DNA from: a phage
Direction: 5' to 3' (one strand)
Length of the DNA: 64,000 nt
Assembly: GCA_024672315.1 (NCBI GenBank)
Contig: GCA_024672315.1_4714.1
Both the position numbers and the translations under genes were made by a program. Positions 20,183 to 30,844 of the stretch are shown here, piece after piece (position 1 is the stretch's first letter; the number at the start of each line of letters is the position of its first letter). The notes under the pieces were generated by a model. That model ran no database searches. It was not told the DNA's origin and saw only the letters and a program-made list of their open reading frames with translations.

Positions 20183-22813
20183 TTACAATTCAAAATCTTC
20201 ATCGATAACACGCTGGGTAAGCACTTTGTCGCTGAAGAACTCCACCTTGCGCTGATGGTATTTACGGTGCGCTTCGATAGAAGTACATACCAGATACCAG
20301 AACGTTGGCGTCATTCCTTCAAACTTCCCTTTCAGCTGACGCAGTCGTCCCAACACCTGAATGTTACCGGTTCGTGACCCCATCGCTAGCGTCATGAACG
20401 TCATCACCAAGTCAGGAAGGTCGATACCTGTACCTGCTGATTTCACGGTTGTAACGCTAATATCGTTATCCAGCAAGACCATGAAATCTTCTTCAGCAGT
20501 ATAAGGACCGATCTCTAACTCAGGAATACGCTCACTGAGATAGTGCGACAACGACTTACACATATCAACGGTTGCACAATACACCAGCATCTTCATGCCT
20601 TCCTGATACTGGTTCATGAAACCCTTGATAATAACGGTATAGATGAAGTTAAAGTACGCGAGTTTGAGTTGCTTGTTCTTCATGATAGACTGTTCGAATA
20701 TCGTGTGTGAATAAGCTCCGCCAAACCCTTTGTATCTGACTTTATCTGTACTGCGTAGTCGATATGTTACCGCATTTACCGCAATGTATTTCTTGTATTC
20801 GCCTTTCGCATAACGGGCTTCTTTCGGATACATCAAATACAACATCTGTTCGATAAACGGATCATCGGATACCGCTGTTGCCGACAGATAAATGATTTCC
20901 GGAATATTGGCGTAACACTTGACCTTAAACAAGAAATGCAATGCTTCGTGACACTCGTCATGAATCAGCAAACCTATGCCGGTCTTTTCCCAAAACTCAG
21001 CGGGATGGAAGGCATATGGTGCAACGCAATTATTCTTCTCGTAGTCCGCAATGTAACGTTGGAACATGTTCAAGGAGAACAATGCGATTTTGAAGTCGAG
21101 CTCACCTTGTTCAACCAAGGTTTGAAACTCCAACATACTGTAACGAGGAATGTCGGGATGCGGTGGATCCTCCTTAGCGTTCCCGCGTATCTCGATAACG
21201 TCCCCTGGTTCCATCCCGAAGAAGTTCAGCAGTGAGCTTCGCCAACCTGGCATGTATCTCGGCGACAGAATGATACCCGTCCGTACACCACGTCTAAACA
21301 CGATTTCCTGTGACATCGCGGTGTTATGCGTGACGATAAAGTCTTTCACCACAAACAACGCTGAAGGATCATCGATCGTAATGCAACGTGCATCCGCAAC
21401 ACGGGAAGGTTTAATTGACAGTACACGTAGCATACTTTCGAAGTATTGTCCGTCAACAGGACAGCGTTCCAGCTTCTTCGGAAGCGTAACGATTTCATGC
21501 GGACGTTTATACCGTATCGTAACCATGTACGCTAGCCGTCCCTTATGTCTCTCCCCCTTGTAGGTGTAATACGGTTGTTTAATACGTAGACGAGCATACC
21601 CACCAATCGAACGAACCAAGTAGATAACGTCATCTGAAAGCTGTTTGCTCGAAGTACAGAAAACAATAGATCCTCCCTTCTCCACCGTTCCGTCGGTATC
21701 GATAAGACCTGCGAGTATTTCGCAACGTTGTCTGTGTGACGCCATCATGTACTGTTTCGGAACAAACTTCTCCCAGGATCGTTTACCCATCAACCCCAAC
21801 TGATCAAGCGCTAATGCCGTCTCTGACCGCCCACCGTAATTGATTAACGTTGCGGCAGGCGTCTTCGTTACCGCATAGTCGTATTTCTCGCGGTACTGTA
21901 TTTCACAGTCATCCGGAAGACGACTTAACACCTTATTCAAGATGAAATCGTCAGGAGTTGTGATTATCGGGGATGTTGATAAATGACCATCCCCTAACAG
22001 AACACCAAGCACGTACGGATCAAGCGGTAGATCTGCATCAGGAGTATGCTCAGACTCACAGTACGGAATGTAAAGTCGTTTATTGGACAGCTCCAGGATA
22101 CGAATCATCTCAAGTGTATTGATAACCCGCATGGGATAAGGATTGTTTTTGTCCCATCCCCAGTTAGGTCTCATACATGCCCAGAGATGCTCGCCGCAGG
22201 CTTCAACACGGCGACCGTCAGCAAAGACAATCTCATAGAGCTGTTTTGCTTTATGGTCGAAGATATTGGTTACCTTCGTTGGTCGGCCATTAGCAGCCGT
22301 GATGGTATCACCTATCTTCAAATCGCCTAATTGACGCCATCCGCCAGGGACTTTTACGAGCGTGGTAAGCGGATTTGCTTTACCCGACCCCGTTTGAGCG
22401 GTGTTTAGGCTCATTCTGAAGGGGGTATCCTTACCCCCGTCCATGTACTCCAACCATTCTTGCTGATCTTCACGCCATGGAAACTTCCATTTCTTTACGA
22501 ACTCCACTTCTTTACCTGGCACCGGATCGTGATAAACGATTTCCAACCACTCTTTTCGTATCCCTCGGGAAAAGATAAAATCCAAAAACGATTTCAATTG
22601 TTCACGGAGTAAGTATACCTCGCTATAATCGCTTCTCGCTGCGGCATACGTGTTTATGGTATCGGTAACCATTCTCCGTGTACGAGGGTCACGCCGTTTC
22701 CTCAGATGCAAACAACGGTCTCGAAGGTAATGGCCGATAAGATGGGCAAATCGAAGTCCGTATCCGCTCAGCCTCATGCCATGCGAGAAGACGTCGATAC
22801 GAGCTAACTTCAT
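20183..22813 (-). CDS. SF2 helicase containing an intein (host protein plus intein)
   Basis: 876 aa; Walker A TGSGK is interrupted, followed after about 352 aa by T and later DExH motif LIHDECHEA and helicase C-domain motifs; ATGA overlap with the upstream beta-prime C gene. Confidence 0.75.
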   Translation of the reverse strand: MKLARIDVFSHGMRLSGYGLRFAHLIGHYLRDRCLHLRKRRDPRTRRMVTDTINTYAAARSDYSEVYLLREQLKSFLDFIFSRGIRKEWLEIVYHDPVPGKEVEFVKKWKFPWREDQQEWLEYMDGGKDTPFRMSLNTAQTGSGKANPLTTLVKVPGGWRQLGDLKIGDTITAANGRPTKVTNIFDHKAKQLYEIVFADGRRVEACGEHLWACMRPNWGWDKNNPYPMRVINTLEMIRILELSNKRLYIPYCESEHTPDADLPLDPYVLGVLLGDGHLSTSPIITTPDDFILNKVLSRLPDDCEIQYREKYDYAVTKTPAATLINYGGRSETALALDQLGLMGKRSWEKFVPKQYMMASHRQRCEILAGLIDTDGTVEKGGSIVFCTSSKQLSDDVIYLVRSIGGYARLRIKQPYYTYKGERHKGRLAYMVTIRYKRPHEIVTLPKKLERCPVDGQYFESMLRVLSIKPSRVADARCITIDDPSALFVVKDFIVTHNTAMSQEIVFRRGVRTGIILSPRYMPGWRSSLLNFFGMEPGDVIEIRGNAKEDPPHPDIPRYSMLEFQTLVEQGELDFKIALFSLNMFQRYIADYEKNNCVAPYAFHPAEFWEKTGIGLLIHDECHEALHFLFKVKCYANIPEIIYLSATAVSDDPFIEQMLYLMYPKEARYAKGEYKKYIAVNAVTYRLRSTDKVRYKGFGGAYSHTIFEQSIMKNKQLKLAYFNFIYTVIIKGFMNQYQEGMKMLVYCATVDMCKSLSHYLSERIPELEIGPYTAEEDFMVLLDNDISVTTVKSAGTGIDLPDLVMTFMTLAMGSRTGNIQVLGRLRQLKGKFEGMTPTFWYLVCTSIEAHRKYHQRKVEFFSDKVLTQRVIDEDFEL
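21323..22378 (-). mobile_element. intein with LAGLIDADG homing endonuclease domain
   Basis: About 352 codons between GSGK and T; Hint-like N-terminal block, two LAGLIDADG motifs (LLGDGHL, AGLIDTDGT), C-terminal VTHN followed by +1 Thr; first intein residue appears to be Ala. Confidence 0.7.
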
Positions 22814-24816
22814 AACGTGATTACATCCTCCGGTTTAGGTTCTTTACGCGGTAACAGCATGTAGTCGATCGGATGATCCGGCTTCATGGTTGGGATATAA
22901 CTGTTCGGGTTTTGGAACGCATCCAGCTGCTCTTGGTGAGCGAACTTCATACTCAAGGAGCGCATGTTCATGTTCTTCTTGAAGGTGCTGAAGTATCGTG
23001 TTGTTCCCTGTTTCGGCATGCGATAATCTTTCGTGTGTGGCGAACGAATCATGCTGGCGTAGAGAATAACATCGAGATGCGAAAGGTTCATTCGCAGACG
23101 CTGGGCACACAGACGATGCCAATAGTACAGCACGTTTGCAACTTCCTCCGGTGTTGCTTCGTCTTCCGAGAGGAATCCGGCACTGAAAGAACCTTTCCCG
23201 AATTTGAACTCACGTTCGATTTCTTTTGCGTACTCCATCATGTTTTTGTGGATTAACGGCATCTGGAATAACGTACGTGAATTGTCCCAATGTTTCAAGT
23301 CGAAAATCACAATCCCGTCAGACGTCACTTCCCAGCTATGGCGTTTGAGATAACGGATAAACGCTTTACTCGGTACAACAGGACGGCCGCAGAAATCGAA
23401 ATTGACTTTGAGTTTACGATAGCTTTCATCTTTCCTGTCGTAAATCTCCATATCGCAAAGCGTCATGTTAAACAGACGTTGCGGTATCAACGAACTGATT
23501 TCTTCCGCTTCCGCTACGTCGTACAACATGTTCGCAAGACCTAACTTCATCTTAATCAGCACATGTTTACCTTTCAGCTCACGTGCGAGTTTGATGTCGT
23601 TCATGTTCTGGCTGTAGCGAAGGATATGTTGATATTCCGGTGGGATTGGTGCTGTGGATACCGTTGACGAACCATCGTGGTGTTTGGTAGAAAGAATGTT
23701 CTGCGTTACCTGTTGCGAACAGGTACGCGCTGCACCGTCGCCGACATTATCAGTCAATGCGAAGTTATGACTTAATTCACCGTAACACGTCGTACATACC
23801 CCAGCAGGATCGGGATGATGACAATAGTTAACGGAGCGCATACGCACTGTGGTGCCGATCAATTCTTTCATGTGTGGCTGTATCGCTACCAACGAACCGT
23901 CATCACGAATAATGAATCGACCGTGGAAGCCACGCAGGTCAGTCTCATCACGGATTGGCATCGGGATGGTCTCTTTACTACCACAATCACCAGGATGGAG
24001 TCGTTGTACAACCGCTGTCGCTATCTGAAGTTCACGACCGAAATATTCAGACTTTTTAATCTGCTCTTTGTTGAACAGCAACGATTTCGCCGCAGAACGA
24101 CTTTCTTTCAAGCTGTCAGGAAGAGAGATCAAACCGGCTGCATACGACCGCATTACCGGATCGCGGAATATCTCGGAGTTAATATCGGTCAAGAATCCAC
24201 GCATCCCAATACACTGTAGCACCTGCCCAATCGAAACGTGTTCGGTTCTTACCGCACGTGCGATAGGGTTTGCATGTAACGTTTTATCGGTGCTCAGTAC
24301 CTTTGTCAGTTTCTTGTATGCGCTTTCGATACCTTCGCGGGTGGGTTCCGCTTCAGCGATGATTTTCTTAACTTCGGGGTGTACGGTAATCTGATAAAAA
24401 TCGTCCGCGCAAATCGTTGTTACGTATTCCTCCAACGCATACGTAAAGAAGTTATACACATTGTTAAACATATCGAACAGTGCTTTCCAGAGAACCTCAC
24501 GATTCTCTTGTGGATAAGCATACATGCATTGACGATACGCGGCGCTTTGCAACGCAACCGATGAACCCGCTGTGAACTTGCGTTTATCAACCAGGTTCTC
24601 TTTTGTCAATGGTGTCTCAGGATACATGCGATGCACAGACCAGTGCATGTAACTAAAGAAAATGCGTCGTGCACGCAATTCATGAACGCCATCGTCCATC
24701 TCGATATACACACGGTCATTAGGTTGTGCCCACTCGAACACCTCATCAACCGGCCAATGCATAAGCTCGCGTGCCCTCACACGACGTTTCGTGGTGGTTG
24801 TCTGTGTTGTAATCAT
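22810..24816 (-). CDS. multisubunit RNA polymerase beta-prime-like subunit, C-terminal fragment
   Basis: 668 aa; VRMRSVNYCHHPDPAGVCTTCYGE...VGDGAARTCSQQVTQNILSTKHHDG aligns with E. coli beta-prime [21 protein letters not shown]...[25 protein letters not shown] (trigger-loop region) as recalled. Confidence 0.7.
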   Translation of the reverse strand: MITTQTTTTKRRVRARELMHWPVDEVFEWAQPNDRVYIEMDDGVHELRARRIFFSYMHWSVHRMYPETPLTKENLVDKRKFTAGSSVALQSAAYRQCMYAYPQENREVLWKALFDMFNNVYNFFTYALEEYVTTICADDFYQITVHPEVKKIIAEAEPTREGIESAYKKLTKVLSTDKTLHANPIARAVRTEHVSIGQVLQCIGMRGFLTDINSEIFRDPVMRSYAAGLISLPDSLKESRSAAKSLLFNKEQIKKSEYFGRELQIATAVVQRLHPGDCGSKETIPMPIRDETDLRGFHGRFIIRDDGSLVAIQPHMKELIGTTVRMRSVNYCHHPDPAGVCTTCYGELSHNFALTDNVGDGAARTCSQQVTQNILSTKHHDGSSTVSTAPIPPEYQHILRYSQNMNDIKLARELKGKHVLIKMKLGLANMLYDVAEAEEISSLIPQRLFNMTLCDMEIYDRKDESYRKLKVNFDFCGRPVVPSKAFIRYLKRHSWEVTSDGIVIFDLKHWDNSRTLFQMPLIHKNMMEYAKEIEREFKFGKGSFSAGFLSEDEATPEEVANVLYYWHRLCAQRLRMNLSHLDVILYASMIRSPHTKDYRMPKQGTTRYFSTFKKNMNMRSLSMKFAHQEQLDAFQNPNSYIPTMKPDHPIDYMLLPRKEPKPEDVITL

Positions 24817-24961
24817 TATTACTTTCCGATTTAAATGGTTTTATCATACGGTTTACCAATTCCGTTGGAATTTACTATCGCCATGATAGCATCGGGAATC
24901 CCTTCTCTTAGGTTATGTAGGTGTTAATATATCTCCACTGCCGGAGTAAAAGTCGGCAACA

Positions 24962-25447
24962 TTACCCGGCTTTCTGTCGTAGAGCGTACGGATCCATAGC
25001 GTCTGACATATCCGAAACAACCGTGAGAATGAAGCCCTTTATCTGTCTCACTTCGGTCACACGCAATCCTTTATCGTTACGATATACGTTTTCTTCACCA
25101 ACCAACTTTGGTCGGATAACATAAACGCCATCAACAAACGGGAATGTCGAATACGGATAAACACCAATAGAAATGATGTTTGGATGATCGCCTCGAAGGT
25201 CACGTCCGAACTTATCGACTCGACCATAAATCGTTCCATCCGCACCCTCCACTTCAATGAGGTCGTTACGAATATCCTGAAATAGCTGTTCTAAGGTGTT
25301 GGCAGGGTACGTATATGCGACGCCTAACGCTGGATCCTCGATCGTTTTGACATTGAATCCGTTAAGCCAAACAATCCGTTCATTCGCCCATGTTTCTTCA
25401 TATACCGTTAATCCATCGCCGTATATGTTGGCGTGTGCTATCTCCAT
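24962..25447 (-). CDS. hypothetical protein
   Basis: 161-aa ORF. Confidence 0.4.
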   Translation of the reverse strand: MEIAHANIYGDGLTVYEETWANERIVWLNGFNVKTIEDPALGVAYTYPANTLEQLFQDIRNDLIEVEGADGTIYGRVDKFGRDLRGDHPNIISIGVYPYSTFPFVDGVYVIRPKLVGEENVYRNDKGLRVTEVRQIKGFILTVVSDMSDAMDPYALRQKAG

Positions 25448-25604
25448 AATCTCATTTCCTCTTCTACGTAGAAATAGATGACATGTTGGATATACGTTGC
25501 CTTTGCATATATTGCTTTATTTCCGTCAGAAATAACGGAAAATAAAAACAACAACATAGTTCCCTCCCACCTCCACATGGGAGAGGGAGGGCTATACGTG
25601 TTTA

Positions 25605-25967
25605 TTACTCGATGCTGTCTTCTTCCGTATCTTCCTCTTCAGAACCATCGAATGTTTTCATTGTGGCGGTGGTATCCCAGTTAGCTGCGTAATCAGCCAT
25701 CGCTTCGCGCAGTGCTTCTTCACCAGCATCACCAGCCAGGTCAAGTACAACCAAACCCTGTGCGACGTTTTGAGCGACGGTATCAATAACGGTTGCATCT
25801 TCTTCAAAACTACGTACGGGTTCAATGGTACCTACATCAACAGCGTAGTTCGTGGTTGCTGTAAACACGGCGACTTGTAGCGCATTGCTATCTTCATCAT
25901 GCAGTGCTGCCTCAATACCGATTGGACGAGCCAGTTCTTGCAGTGTTAATTTGCGAATTAAGTTCAT
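25605..25967 (-). CDS. hypothetical acidic protein
   Basis: 120-aa ORF with strongly acidic C-terminus. Confidence 0.4.
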   Translation of the reverse strand: MNLIRKLTLQELARPIGIEAALHDEDSNALQVAVFTATTNYAVDVGTIEPVRSFEEDATVIDTVAQNVAQGLVVLDLAGDAGEEALREAMADYAANWDTTATMKTFDGSEEEDTEEDSIE

Positions 25968-26000
25968 TATGTTTTTCCTCAGGTGAATGTTAGCAATCGT

Positions 26001-26348
26001 TTAAAACTTTAAAACTTTTTCGATACGATGGTTGACGAATTCATTGAACGACTCTTCGGCTTGTTCGATAATTTCATCAACATCGATATCTAATTGTTGG
26101 GGTTGGATAACATGCTCTTTCATGGTTTCCAGCCAGTATTCGGCTTTAACCATAACGTTAGCGACGTGTTCGACCTGGCTGCGTATGTCGACGATCTGGC
26201 AATCAGGATTGTTAATATCGATGATGTGTCCGTGGTGTTTGATAAACCCTAACTTATTCGACGCCCTTACCGCATCGCGGGCAAGGTCTTGCAAGATTAA
26301 ATTATTGACGTAGTTCACTGCTATGGAACGATTTTCTTTATCACTCAT
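26001..26348 (-). CDS. hypothetical protein
   Basis: 115-aa ORF. Confidence 0.4.
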   Translation of the reverse strand: MSDKENRSIAVNYVNNLILQDLARDAVRASNKLGFIKHHGHIIDINNPDCQIVDIRSQVEHVANVMVKAEYWLETMKEHVIQPQQLDIDVDEIIEQAEESFNEFVNHRIEKVLKF

Positions 26349-26467
26349 ACCAGGGATCCTCTTTTAAGTGTTCACATTCTAGTGTTAAGCAGTTAAAATA
26401 AACCGTCCCTTTAATCAGCATAAACATCCTCCTCCCACCACATGGGCAGGAGGAGGCGTAATATGCA

Positions 26468-26878
26468 TCAGAAAGGAGGACGATCTTTAAATTCTAGCAA
26501 TGTATCTTCGAAGCAAGCGATAAGTTCAGACTGCAATTCGGTACGGCCTTGTTCACCGAAGAGTTCCAGCAACATTAACCCCCGAGCGGTCTTCGTAGCA
26601 ACCTCTTCGCAGATGCGGAGATCGCGAACTTCATCATCGCCGACATCTTTACGTAACTGCGCTGCAATGGGCTTAAGATTGCCGTTTTCATCGTGTTCGT
26701 CACGAAATGCATCATAAGCCGCATCGATGTTCGCGATCCGTGTCAATCCTTCAGAATCCCGCCAGTCTCGATATAATCCAAGCAGACGGTTATGATTCTT
26801 CGTTTTGACGTTCGGTGCTGGAAGGTTGCGCAACAGATGTGGTGTAATCATTGCTATCACGCTATCCGAATGATCCAT
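26468..26878 (-). CDS. hypothetical protein
   Basis: 136-aa ORF. Confidence 0.4.
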   Translation of the reverse strand: MDHSDSVIAMITPHLLRNLPAPNVKTKNHNRLLGLYRDWRDSEGLTRIANIDAAYDAFRDEHDENGNLKPIAAQLRKDVGDDEVRDLRICEEVATKTARGLMLLELFGEQGRTELQSELIACFEDTLLEFKDRPPF

Positions 26879-26889
26879 CGTATACCTCG

Positions 26890-29058
26890 TTAGCTTTCGC
26901 AGTCATCTGCGTCGATGATTTGTCCGCCAGCAACGTTCAGCTGATGATACAGGATCCTCAACGCACGGTTGCCGCCAATGGGATACTTCTCGAAGTTGGT
27001 CGCAATAGGAATCGCTGACGGCTTATCGGTCGCATAGATGCTTTCAGTGATGCTATCCACCTGTTTTGGATTGTTCGCATAGTCCATAAAGACGCTTGCG
27101 AACCATCCGCCAGCAAAGGCGGTAACTTCGCGATGTTCAGATTCACCACAGTAACGAGTCGGTTGCTCTTTACCAGGGGAACTGTATTTATCGCTATTAC
27201 TGAGTTTCGACGGTAATCCGTGCGCTTGCAGTTTAGGAATACCCACAGCTGACCAGTCGTTCGCCGTCTTCTCCAACATCATGATGTACGTGTCACCGAT
27301 CGCAATATCGTTCTTGGTTGTCCGCCATTGCCCGGAACGCCCACGATACCGTACAGGACCTTTCTTCAACGGGAACTCACGAATCAGATTCTCCATACGT
27401 TCTGAACCTGCTGCGATACTGTCCGTCGGGATATAAACTTCCGTACCGTGGCGTTGTACGTACCGTAAATGATCCCATTTATCCTCATCCGTGATACAGT
27501 ATTTTTCAACAACCTGTTCCACGAACTCAGGACTGACGATATAGTAGTAGCGCATCAGTGTGTTCCAAGCGGTCTCCAGATCGCCTGCATCCATCACCGG
27601 TTTCAGTTCACGCATGATCTGATCACCAACACCGTTGATGTATGGCGCATTAACACGACTCAAACTCATCCTTTTGATTACCGTGCTATCGTCGAACATA
27701 AAGTCCGCAACATTACCCCATTGGTCAACCGGCATTTCATCGTCTTCCATGATGTCGGTTACGACGAATTTATCACCCGCCATACCGGTGAATTTAAACC
27801 CGATACCTGGAACAACGTCGTACGTGTAGGTGATGGTCACACGCCAATCATCGAGATTCTCTTTGCGGTAATCGCGGGTTGGTAACACATGACGTAGCTG
27901 TCCGTTCGGATTGCGGATATCGATACCGTGTTCAGCATCAGCCAGGTTCAACCACCACATCACCGTTTGATGATGACGTATCGGCGTACCAACGCGTTCA
28001 CGTTCGTACTTACGAACAGCATCCTGAATTCGGGTGTAAAGCAAACCGATTGCGTTTTCATATTTCAGGAATTGACGATACGGAGGACGCATCTTCTCTT
28101 CCATCATAATCGCACGCTCGCGGGCTTGACGTCCAGAACGACGATGTCGATCGCTGACAACATCGATATCCGTTACACGCGCATTCGGTTCAGCGTAAGT
28201 GAGATCATCGTAAACATAATCCACACGCTGAAGGTTACATGTCATCATGTCAACAACGCTAAGAATAGGATCGATTTCGCGTGTTGCTGCAAGTAACCCA
28301 TCTTTACGAATACGCTCACCGTTCTCGGGTATTGCTTGATATACCTCGTCATCACCGTAGAGATTGATTGGGTATCGTGATTTACCTGACGTGATTGTTC
28401 GCTTCTCAATACCTGTGCTGGTGAAATGCTTCAATACACCACGACGGGCAACACCACCATCCTCGATACACTGATAGAAGCTACCGAAACACACTTTGCA
28501 ATCGCGACCGTAACCCCACTCGCGTGTTTCTTGATTGATCGCTGGGCTTTCCATCAAACGAGAATATCGCGGTACGATCTGGCCTCGACGGAGGGAATGG
28601 AACAAGTTGGTTGGTCGAAAACGGAAACCGTACTGCTGATGCATGATGTGATGCTCAGGCACTTCAAGCAAGCGTAGCTCGTGACGGTTACCATCCTCTT
28701 GGTTTTCATACAGCACGTAATGCATCGTGTTTGTTTTGATGCTGTTTGCTGTATGCCCCGGTTGGAAACGTGGGATGATATCTATGATGCGAGATTCGAC
28801 TGGAAACTCTACTGACCACGTGTTCTGTCCGTACTGGTATTCGATCCCCGTCGTCAGTCGGGACGGTTTCGCATCTTTGATAACCAACGCTTGGCTAAGA
28901 TGTCCACCAAACATCGCAGCGCGCTGTGCTGAGTTATAATGCAGTAGCCCGTTAAGTCCAGTCCCTACGCCAGTATACTCCTGTTTAATGGGAATGATTT
29001 TACCTTCAGCGATTGCCTGCTTCACAGATTCATAAAGAGGTTTTTCTTTATAATGCAT
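26890..29058 (-). CDS. multisubunit RNA polymerase beta-like subunit, C-terminal fragment
   Basis: YNSAQRAAMFGG resembles GANMQRQAVP; GDKFVVTDIMEDDEMPVD...SRVN resembles GNKGVVSKI..EDMPY..SRMN; GDTYIMMLEK resembles GYMYMLKL; CGESEHREVTAFAG resembles GGQRFGEMEVWALEAYG; start placed at ATG 29058 (SD AGGAAG) rather than track start 29223. Confidence 0.65.
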   Translation of the reverse strand: MHYKEKPLYESVKQAIAEGKIIPIKQEYTGVGTGLNGLLHYNSAQRAAMFGGHLSQALVIKDAKPSRLTTGIEYQYGQNTWSVEFPVESRIIDIIPRFQPGHTANSIKTNTMHYVLYENQEDGNRHELRLLEVPEHHIMHQQYGFRFRPTNLFHSLRRGQIVPRYSRLMESPAINQETREWGYGRDCKVCFGSFYQCIEDGGVARRGVLKHFTSTGIEKRTITSGKSRYPINLYGDDEVYQAIPENGERIRKDGLLAATREIDPILSVVDMMTCNLQRVDYVYDDLTYAEPNARVTDIDVVSDRHRRSGRQARERAIMMEEKMRPPYRQFLKYENAIGLLYTRIQDAVRKYERERVGTPIRHHQTVMWWLNLADAEHGIDIRNPNGQLRHVLPTRDYRKENLDDWRVTITYTYDVVPGIGFKFTGMAGDKFVVTDIMEDDEMPVDQWGNVADFMFDDSTVIKRMSLSRVNAPYINGVGDQIMRELKPVMDAGDLETAWNTLMRYYYIVSPEFVEQVVEKYCITDEDKWDHLRYVQRHGTEVYIPTDSIAAGSERMENLIREFPLKKGPVRYRGRSGQWRTTKNDIAIGDTYIMMLEKTANDWSAVGIPKLQAHGLPSKLSNSDKYSSPGKEQPTRYCGESEHREVTAFAGGWFASVFMDYANNPKQVDSITESIYATDKPSAIPIATNFEKYPIGGNRALRILYHQLNVAGGQIIDADDCES

Positions 29059-29077
29059 AGGACTTCCTATTATCGAA

Positions 29078-29443
29078 TTGAGGTACGTCATGTCTAACAC
29101 GCCCCTGAACGACTTTCTTAAGACAAACCCCGATGACCTCATCCACGATCTTGATTTCAGGAACGTTGTTGAGATGCATCTGGAATATTTCAAAAATGCC
29201 GGACTGGTCTCTACGATAGACATACCACCCGAACGCGCCTACGAATTCGATGGTAACTTTTATGGATTGTGTCGTGTTCTGCTCGGTGAGGGCAGTGAAC
29301 CAATGCACTGGATAACCATGAGACTCAATGGTTATCGTGACCCTACGGAATACACCGCCGATGTTCTAACCATGAAGATTGTCGATACAAGCGCAATCAA
29401 CACATTAAAACAACAGTACCGCACAATCCACTACAGCGCTTAA
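29078..29443 (+). CDS. hypothetical protein
   Basis: 121-aa plus-strand ORF with GAGGT Shine-Dalgarno, divergent from the beta-like gene. Confidence 0.45.
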   Translation: MRYVMSNTPLNDFLKTNPDDLIHDLDFRNVVEMHLEYFKNAGLVSTIDIPPERAYEFDGNFYGLCRVLLGEGSEPMHWITMRLNGYRDPTEYTADVLTMKIVDTSAINTLKQQYRTIHYSA

Positions 29444-29448
29444 GATAA

Positions 29449-29477
29449 CCCTCCCACAGCGTAAAGCGTAGGGAGGG
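29449..29477 (+). terminator. GC hairpin followed by TTTATGCCG (plus orientation)
   Basis: CCCTCCC...GGGAGGG stem, then CATTTATGCCGTC; immediately after the stop of 29078..29443. Confidence 0.5.
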
Positions 29478-29508
29478 CATTTATGCCGTCGTTCGATGAC
29501 TTAATACA

Positions 29509-30789
29509 TCAGAAACGATTTACAGTACGTCCTGTCCACGCGCTCAGGATGTTGTTACGTTCCATCTCAGCACGACGACGTAAACCGTTTGGCGACTGCG
29601 GTGCTTGCGGCATCCCCCATCCAGCAGGTTGCATGCCCATGCCCGGCCAAGCAGCGTTATTGAACATCGTACCGTTACGTTCAGCAACACGGTTCATCAA
29701 CGCATCAAACGTGCTATTACCTGCCGGTTGGTTACCACCACTTTCCCACTGATTAGGTTGGACAGGTGCGGTTTTACCTAACAGGTTATCGATCACACTG
29801 CCTGTTGAAGCAGGACGCGGTTGCATACCTTCATGTGCAGCTGCTGATGGATTCGGCTTAACCGTCGGCTGTGGACGACTGTTCAGCGTTACACCCATGT
29901 TGTATTTCGCTGGCGGAATTTGACCACGATGTTGATTAATCGGTTCAAAATCCTCGACCCAGGTAACATCACAATAACCGTTCTCTTTACCGTCGTACTT
30001 ATCACCAAACAGTTTGATGAGATGGTTCAGCGGTTCCATCAGCTTAGCGAAGCTGTGGATAAGACAATCGAAATACGGGGCATGAGGGTCGCTTGACCCA
30101 GCGTTGTACGTTTCACTTACCTCACCCGCGTGCGGGATAACGTACTCAACCAGGTTTCTCAGCATGTTAAGATCTTTCTTGGAAATCTCAACACCGCACC
30201 AGTACGTTTTCTTATCTTTCGTGCTGATATGTTCTTCTTCCATGAACGGGAAAGTAACGACCGCAACACGGGTCATCTTCTTACCCATGTAGGTTGCACC
30301 AGTACGACGAAGATAGATTTTGGACAGCGTATACGGCGTGTCACGTTTCAGCCAAACGGTGACCAGTTTGCCCAGGGTCGTTAATGTTTTATCGCTGGCG
30401 TCCGCAAGGATGTTGAAGAACTCTTTTTGCTTCGGTCCGAAACGTTTTGCTTCTTTAGGATTGATTGCGGTTTCAACCATCCAAATCAGCATGGAGCATA
30501 GCGTGGCGTTAAAACGAACAACCATCGCACGACGCAGGAACTGAAGTACTTCCGATTCGCCGTTCATCACGTCTTCACTTAGCGGATGGAACAGCACGCG
30601 TTCAGCCAGCTGATTTCCGGTACGAACTTCGGAAACCGGCATCAGCAACGGCATGCTTTCCACGGTAGCGGCAACCGCAACAACTTTACCATCCCCATCC
30701 GTAAAACGATATTCTAATTCGTGGGCGTCATTCTCAAAATAGTTAACGCTCTGTAGTGCTTTGCGATAAGCTTCGATAAGCTTCGACAT
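29509..30789 (-). CDS. hypothetical protein
   Basis: 426-aa ORF with low-complexity G/Q/P-rich C-terminus. Confidence 0.45.
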   Translation of the reverse strand: MSKLIEAYRKALQSVNYFENDAHELEYRFTDGDGKVVAVAATVESMPLLMPVSEVRTGNQLAERVLFHPLSEDVMNGESEVLQFLRRAMVVRFNATLCSMLIWMVETAINPKEAKRFGPKQKEFFNILADASDKTLTTLGKLVTVWLKRDTPYTLSKIYLRRTGATYMGKKMTRVAVVTFPFMEEEHISTKDKKTYWCGVEISKKDLNMLRNLVEYVIPHAGEVSETYNAGSSDPHAPYFDCLIHSFAKLMEPLNHLIKLFGDKYDGKENGYCDVTWVEDFEPINQHRGQIPPAKYNMGVTLNSRPQPTVKPNPSAAAHEGMQPRPASTGSVIDNLLGKTAPVQPNQWESGGNQPAGNSTFDALMNRVAERNGTMFNNAAWPGMGMQPAGWGMPQAPQSPNGLRRRAEMERNNILSAWTGRTVNRF

Positions 30790-30844
30790 ATTGTATTTCC
30801 TTTTCTTTACGTCAACGGTCCCCCTACAACAGGGGACCTATGGA

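Noticed and set aside
29483-29752. Plus-strand 89-aa ORF starting at the ATG inside TTTATGCCG
   Set aside because: It is antisense to the well-supported 426-aa gene 29509..30789 and its start is part of the conserved hairpin-associated motif; probably not a gene.
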